Shown piece by piece: positions 55,220 to 64,000 of a stretch of DNA of 64,000 nucleotides (positions are counted from its first letter, which is position 1; each line of letters begins with the position of its first letter). The DNA comes from the human T2T-CHM13v2.0 reference genome, Homo sapiens: the NCBI RefSeq assembly GCF_009914755.1, contig NC_060930.1; one strand, given 5' to 3'. A program made the position numbers and the translations under genes. The notes under the pieces are model-generated. The model had not been told where the DNA came from. It ran no database searches and was given only the letters and a program-made list of their open reading frames with translations.

Positions 55220-56759
55220 ACTTTCTCTTTCCATTATCAACCAAGGGAGATTAATTCAAGAAATAGAGGTGTGTCTTAAGAATTCCAAGAGGAGAAAGAC
55301 AGCCAGACCTCAGGAAGCAATCATAATAAGGCTCGGAAAACCCCAAGCCTTTTCTTTCAGTATCTCCCTCTGCCTCCCTTGAGCCACCTGCTTTAGTCTG
55401 TCTCTTCCTGTACATAGATTTTTTTTCTACTTCTTTGGTTCATGGGGATAGAATTTTCATGTCATAATTTCAGCTACCTGCAGAGAGTGAACTTCATTTA
55501 AAATTTCTTTGTGAGGACAGTTGAAACTGTTAGCTCAGGCTAATCTAAAAGACGCAATTTAGAAACGACTGTCAAAAGAAAAATAACTTAAGATTTTCAG
55601 TTCATCACTCAATGTTCATCCTGAAGATTTCTCAAAGACTGCTACCTACCTCCCTGTTTTTCTTCGACTTTTTTTGTAGCAAGGTTTTGAGACATTGCTA
55701 CGGCAGCGTAACATAGTAGGTGAAGTACCCATTGATAAATTATATTTTATCTGCTTCCATCTGTTAGCAGGTAACTTCTCCACTAAAAGGATATGGTTCT
55801 GTAGAACAATGGCATATGCAGACAGTGATCTGTTATTCCACTATTCTCTTAAGCTATCAATCAGATTGATGAGGCAAATTTATGCTTCTAGTCTGTATCT
55901 GTGGTTATAACCACGTAACATTTGCTTTAGATTGTTTGTAGGGAAAGTCAAAGTAGGATGGTTTGTTGGAGGTAAAATGGCCTAAGAAATAAATCAAAGC
56001 ATTTCAATTATGATGTATAAGAAAATTTAGAGTTGGTTTGTACAAACCCATATCCAATCAAGGTCCAAGCATTATATTTAATGGTTAAGCCTTTTAAATC
56101 TCTTTGATTACAGAGCAGCTCATCACTCTCCTTCCTCCCATCCCACCCTTATTATACCATGGGTTTATTGAAGATACTAAGTCACTAAAGGTCTTATGGA
56201 TGGTAGTGACTTGATAAAATAAGTGTTTAATAAGGAATATTGTGGCCAAAGTGATGAGTGCATTGGAAGAAACATAAAACTAAAGATTGGGAGAGTACAT
56301 GTAGGAAATAATTGCTGTATTCTGGGCAAGCAATGATGGTAATCTGAATTAGGTAATTAGAGCAGGAAATGGAGGGAGGAACTCATCTTAGGTTCAATCC
56401 AAGAGATAGTTCCAAACTCCAAAGTGCATTACAGAAGCATTATCTAAGATCCATAGTTATCTAACAAGTGAGAGTAATATTAAATAAGCTTTACTCAAAT
56501 GTTTGAGCAATATAATTAGGTAGTGATCTCTCCAACCCAAGAAGTGTTGAAGAAAAAAACTGGATGACCAGCCATGGGCAATTATGTAACCTCAAGGCAA
56601 GAATCTCTTGTTTCCTCTTCTTCTTCAACAAGTGATTGTCCAACATGTCATTGAAGAGTGAGAGGAAACACAGCTTTGCAAAGCAGTCTATTTTTTGACT
56701 GAGCATCTATAATTATAAAAACTATAAGTAGCTCAAAACCTATCTAGTTGGTCCTGGTC

Positions 56760-57980
56760 TTCTTTCTAAGACTATATAGAAAGAGCTCCATTTCTTGCCA
56801 TTTTCTCTTCTCCAGGCCAAACGCTTTAAGTTCCTGCAACTGTTTCTAATTTCCCATCCTCGTTCCTTTTTTCTGGCCATGCTCCCAACTGTCACTGTCC
56901 TTTTTGGAGTGTGCACCCAGAACTGAACACCCTTTGTGAGGTACAGTCTAACCTGAGTGCAATAGAGAGGCTGTTAACTCTGCTGTTCCAGACCTTTCAT
57001 TAATGCAGCCAAAAGTTACAGTTAAGGTTTTAGCAGTTCCTTCATGCTCTTGACTCATTTTGAGTAAAAAAAATTCCCAAAGTTATTCTCTTTATATGCT
57101 ACTGTTTTGACATGTATACATGTGAAGCTCACCTTGAAATCTAACCAGAAAACTTCATGTTAACCATAATACATGTTTCTTTGTTGGATTCAGGTTATTG
57201 TTCAAGTTCCTTTTGAACCCTACATCAGACATCCAGCATTGCAGTCACTGTTCTGTTAGTCTTATATTTTCTGGAGCATTGACTAGAAAGCCAGCTCAGT
57301 CTATATTCATTAAAACAGAAAGTTTAAATAGGGTCAGACTATGATGGAAAACTCATGCAGATCCCTCTGCTGGATGACATGGCTTCATGAGCAGCACTTC
57401 CTTAGATATGGTCCCTTACCAGTTACAAATGAACTTAGTAGATTTATTACATTCTATCCCCAAATATTCTTCTCATGCCCAAGGATACAAAAGACTTAAT
57501 CTTGTCTGCCTGCAGCCTTACACTGGTCTACCTAAAGAAAACCTCTACAGACAAAGGAGATGAGCCCAGCATGGCTTGTTTACAGTGAATCTAAGCAGAT
57601 TCCTCATCTGTTCTGGGATACGTGCGTCGAGATTGCCAGACTGTGGTTTGTAGACTTTATCTTCCTCCCCTTTTGAAAATCAAGGTAGTGTATGCCAAAT
57701 TCTACCTTTTGGAGCCTGTGCCATTCTTCACTGTCACACATTAATGCAGCCTTGTGACCTTTCTGACAAATTCCCAGGAAGCTCATTAGTTTAGACCAAG
57801 AGATTTAAACTCAAGGGAGTTGAGTTTTAAGAATTTTTAACAGAGTTGGATCAAACATGGCAGGTCTAAAGATTACTTTCATTGATGAAGGCAATGGAAG
57901 CAAACTAGGAATAGAAGAGTATAGTTTTCTCCCTGTCTCCCATTGATGTTACACCACCAGCCCTTGGAGGAGGTCTTTGC
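56760..57980 (-). mobile_element. L3/CR1 LINE relic
   Basis: gtgcacccagaactgaacacc...cattaatgcagccaaaag...ttgactcattttgag, typical antisense CR1 ORF2/3' sequence. Confidence 0.6.
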
Positions 57981-58039
57981 CTTCTTCATTCTTTCTTTTT
58001 TATAATGGAGTGTTAAATAGCTCAGACGATTTATTCACT

Positions 58040-58170
58040 ACTGTACTGAAAGTGAAAAACAGAGTGGCTGTATGGGTACTCCAAGTATGGTTTCTATTGA
58101 ATGCATATTGCTGTTGCACCACAGCAAAGTAAAAGAAAAATCACATCAAACCACACTCAGGGACCATCTG
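58040..58170. mobile_element. Tigger4 (MER46) terminal fragment
   Basis: actgaaagtgaaaaacagagtggctgtatgggtactccaagtatggtttctattgaatgc...cagggaccatctg plus TA. Confidence 0.75.
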
Positions 58171-58206
58171 TATAACCTTAGCTATTCATGGTATTCTTGG
58201 GAATAT

Positions 58207-58335
58207 ATTTTTTAAAGTTTTATTTTAGGTTTAGGGGTAAAAGCGCAGGTTTGTTATATAGATAAACTTTTGTCATGGGGGTTTGTTGTACAGATTATTT
58301 CATCACCCAGCTATTAAGTGTAGTACACTTTAGTT
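58207..58335 (-). mobile_element. Short L1PA 3' terminal fragment
   Basis: ttttattttaggtttagggg...gcaggtttgttatata...acagattattttcatcacccag. Confidence 0.8.
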
Positions 58336-58747
58336 CTACTTCCTGCTTTGAACATACTCCAAATCCCCTCACTTTTCACTTCAGCACTTTTCACAAGCCT
58401 TTGTTCCTACAACTTTAGCATTCCAGGTCCTGGATGTAACCTCACATGCATATTACTCCTTAATTATGAGCTTTTCTACCTTTCCTGTGTGCGTTTCTAA
58501 AATCTGAGCTGAATTCCTTGAGAGCCATATGAGCACCTTTGCCGGCCACTTCAGCTTTACTCAGGCTGGGTTATTTGGAGAGATCATTAGTTACCCAAAC
58601 ATTTCAAATGCTCTCTATTTTATAGTTGAAATCATGGACTTACATCTAGCTTTAACTGAACTCTTTCTGAAATGTCTCCCCAGGTCTAGTTTAAATGTCT
58701 GACACTCTTCAGAAGACATAGTCTTTTTTACTCAAGATTCTCAAGGA

Positions 58748-58975
58748 AGCAATGTGGTGATGGAAGAGGCCTGGACTCTTGAGTCAGGGCTTTGCTCTAA
58801 ACCTGCACCTGCTAAAACTAGCTGAGTGACCTAAGGCCAGTTACTTAATGTCTCTGAGGCTAGGTGGAAATACTGATGCATTCCCTCACACAGTCATTGA
58901 GATGAATAAATACAGTGGTATGTTTTAACTGCTGTGGGTGACATCTGATATGTGGTAGGGGCTCAGGAAGTGTTT
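58748..58975 (+). mobile_element. MIR
   Basis: ctggactcttgagtcagg...ctagctgagtgacctaaggccagttacttaatgtctctgag. Confidence 0.75.
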
Positions 58976-61349
58976 GTACCCTTCCTCTTTGACTTTCCCT
59001 CTTTTCCCTTCAGTTCACCAACCTGCTTTCACTTGTTTTTCATAATTTATACAGGATAAAATCTCCCCTCATGAGTTTTTGCTTCTTTTGGGAGTGTCAG
59101 CATCTAGCCAGGTAAGTTAAAAACTTATCAGTCTTTCAGTGTGAATGAATTAAACTCTGTCAGCATATGAAAAATCCCCCATCACTGCCACATCATGCCT
59201 CTCTGCTGCTTTTGCAATCTAGGTCAAGACTTCAGTCATATCCTCCATCTGGTCAGATGTTGATCACTATTAACTCTAAAAATTATTTAGAAAATACTTA
59301 GAACATTTTCAGCCTTTTACAATTAGCTGTTCTTATGTTTAGCTTCTTATTCCAAAACACAGTAATCTTTTACATCCCAAGATGATTTTTCTCATCTTGG
59401 AGAGATGAGAAAATATGGAGAGTCCAAAACAGTGTTTTAGCCTCTCCATGATACTTTTCTATTCAGATTCCCTACAGTTGTATGTACTTCTGCAGCTATG
59501 TTACCATTCCAAGAAAGTACAATGTAGACTCCAATTTGATGATGGATTCAGAAATAAGTTTTCAAACTCTCAAATCTAAATATGATGGATGTATACATTC
59601 TCTGATTCCAAAATAACACTATTTGGTCTGTTTTCACAATTTGAATTCTATTCCTGTTGGAACGCCTGGCTCAAAAGCCAGAGTGCCTTCTCCATCTTGA
59701 TTCTCTCTTCATTCTCTCCTCTTTGAGTCAATTTGCAGTTTTATTCCAGAATGAACCTCCTGGGTTGTCTGGGAGTATCAACAAAGGCATATTATAACAC
59801 AATACATTCCTAGTTTTATTTGGCAGCACCAGCCCTGAGACAGGCCTTCATTTGTGATGGTCAGAATGCCTACGAAACAAGGAAATATTTATATGTGCAA
59901 AATTTGGAAGGTACAGGGAGGCAAGTTGCATCAGTGGGAGATCAAAGGTCAATGCTGGATGGGATGTTTTGTTCCCAGCCTCCATCGGTTGAACTTAGGT
60001 GGGAACAGATCAAAGGCTCATGGGAAATGGGCATGGAACTCCCCACCGTCCGATGCCAAGTGGTGACCAGAACAGATGGGAGCAGAATGATAAGCACAGC
60101 ATCCCACATCAATGGATACTTATTTGGAAGTAACTGAAGTGGAAAGGTCAGGATAAAATGTCAGCATCTCTGTGTGGGTGAAAATATGTCTGAGAAACTA
60201 ACTTCGCTCCAAGAAATATGAAGGCAAAGGGGAATGCCTTGGAATCAAAGAGAAGACACTTTCAGTGCCTTTATCCCAGCTGAATGTACTCTTAGACTCC
60301 CTAAACCTGATTAAAGTTTTCTCTTACCCTTAGTATGCAATCCTTGCTTTACCCTTGTTGCTATTTGGTCAAAAAGTTGGAGAAGTTGCTGCTAGTGAAA
60401 TGTTTATGGAAGAAAATGTTTTGGTAATGAAAATAACAGGAAACAATTTTCCCCTCTTGATATTTTTAGGATACTTAGAAAAACTTCAGGAAAGTCATTT
60501 TGAGCTGATCACTAGATGTTCATTATTTCCTCCTCATTTAGTTTGATGTTACTTATGAATTCACTAACATTTATTGAGCATTTGCATTGAGTCAGGTTCA
60601 AGAGAGGTTTATGGTCAGTCATATACACCTCAGGGGCACTTAACTGGGAAGGTTAGTGATTTATGGAAGCAATGACTCAGGAAAGCAAAGTCTAAGATAA
60701 ATTGATAGTATTAACACAAATATTAATATCAACACAGGAGTGCCCTAAAGAGCAGAAGGGAGTGGGAGGTTGGATGAAGACTAGAAAGCTGCACAGCTTC
60801 ACAGCTCTAGGCCTTATTCTCCATTGTATAGGAACCCTTATAGTTTCTGTTTGCTATGCTGTGCCCTTTGAAAGAAAACTGCAAACTTCCCTAATCATGA
60901 TATGGTGCACCCACGTTTTCCAACATTAGCAATGGAGTAAGAATCCTGTGTCCAGAGGGGCAGATGGATCTTGCGCCTCTGACTTGCTCCACTTTCTTAG
61001 GAATTGTATTTTTTTTTTTCTCACTGTTGCCACCATGATGCCTCAGGCAGCACTGCTCCTTTACATCTTTGTCTACATGGAAAACAGGACCTAATGCCTT
61101 AATGCCCTCTTAGAACAGTGCTTACAGAAGTAATGAAAGCTAGAAATGGCATAAATATAAATAATGTGATTTACAAGATGCATTTACCATCTAGGACTCC
61201 AGGCCTCTTCCCATCTCATCTTGTGGTTTTTTTCCCATGAGCCTGACATTATCTCACCTCCCAGATCCCATGTTTCCTACACTTATACCCAAGGGATCAT
61301 ACCCCAGGAAGAAATACAAGTTCAACTTTTCCGCACAAGGTCATCAAGG

Positions 61350-63940
<2,591 letters not shown>

Positions 63941-64000
63941 ATGAGTTTTTATCCTTATATTGTTATAAATGCTTTGTGTGTCTATGAACATACACTTAGG

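Noticed and set aside
59387-59413. 11-bp stem hairpin ttttctcatct-N5-agatgagaaaa
   Set aside because: Short and AT-rich, with no other supporting signal

Overview
This is a 64-kb, AT-rich, repeat-dense primate genomic segment (probably human or another catarrhine), intergenic or deep intronic. I found no credible protein-coding exon, RNA gene or CpG island; the ORF track is explained by Alu/L1/ERV/transposon remnants or chance. It contains about 15 Alus, several L1 fragments (L1PA, L1MA, L1MB, L1MC/D, L1ME), MIR/L2/L3 relics, DNA transposons (MER1B, Tigger2a, Tigger4, MER58A, MER5A), solo LTRs (THE1, MST, LTR6-like), a two-LTR MER61-like non-autonomous provirus (22857-27588) and a deleted ERV-L provirus at the right end. 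The best findings are: (i) a near-complete fossil hAT (Tip100/Zaphod-like) transposase on the minus strand at ~38.2-43.2 kb, with all domains collinear across an L1 and an Alu insertion; (ii) an L1 whose 5'UTR is joined directly to the end of ORF2; (iii) several templated micro-rearrangements and palindromes; (iv) three phased STAT/GAS motifs. I see no evidence of a genuinely new biological system. Subfamily names come from my recall of consensus sequences and need RepeatMasker/Dfam confirmation.
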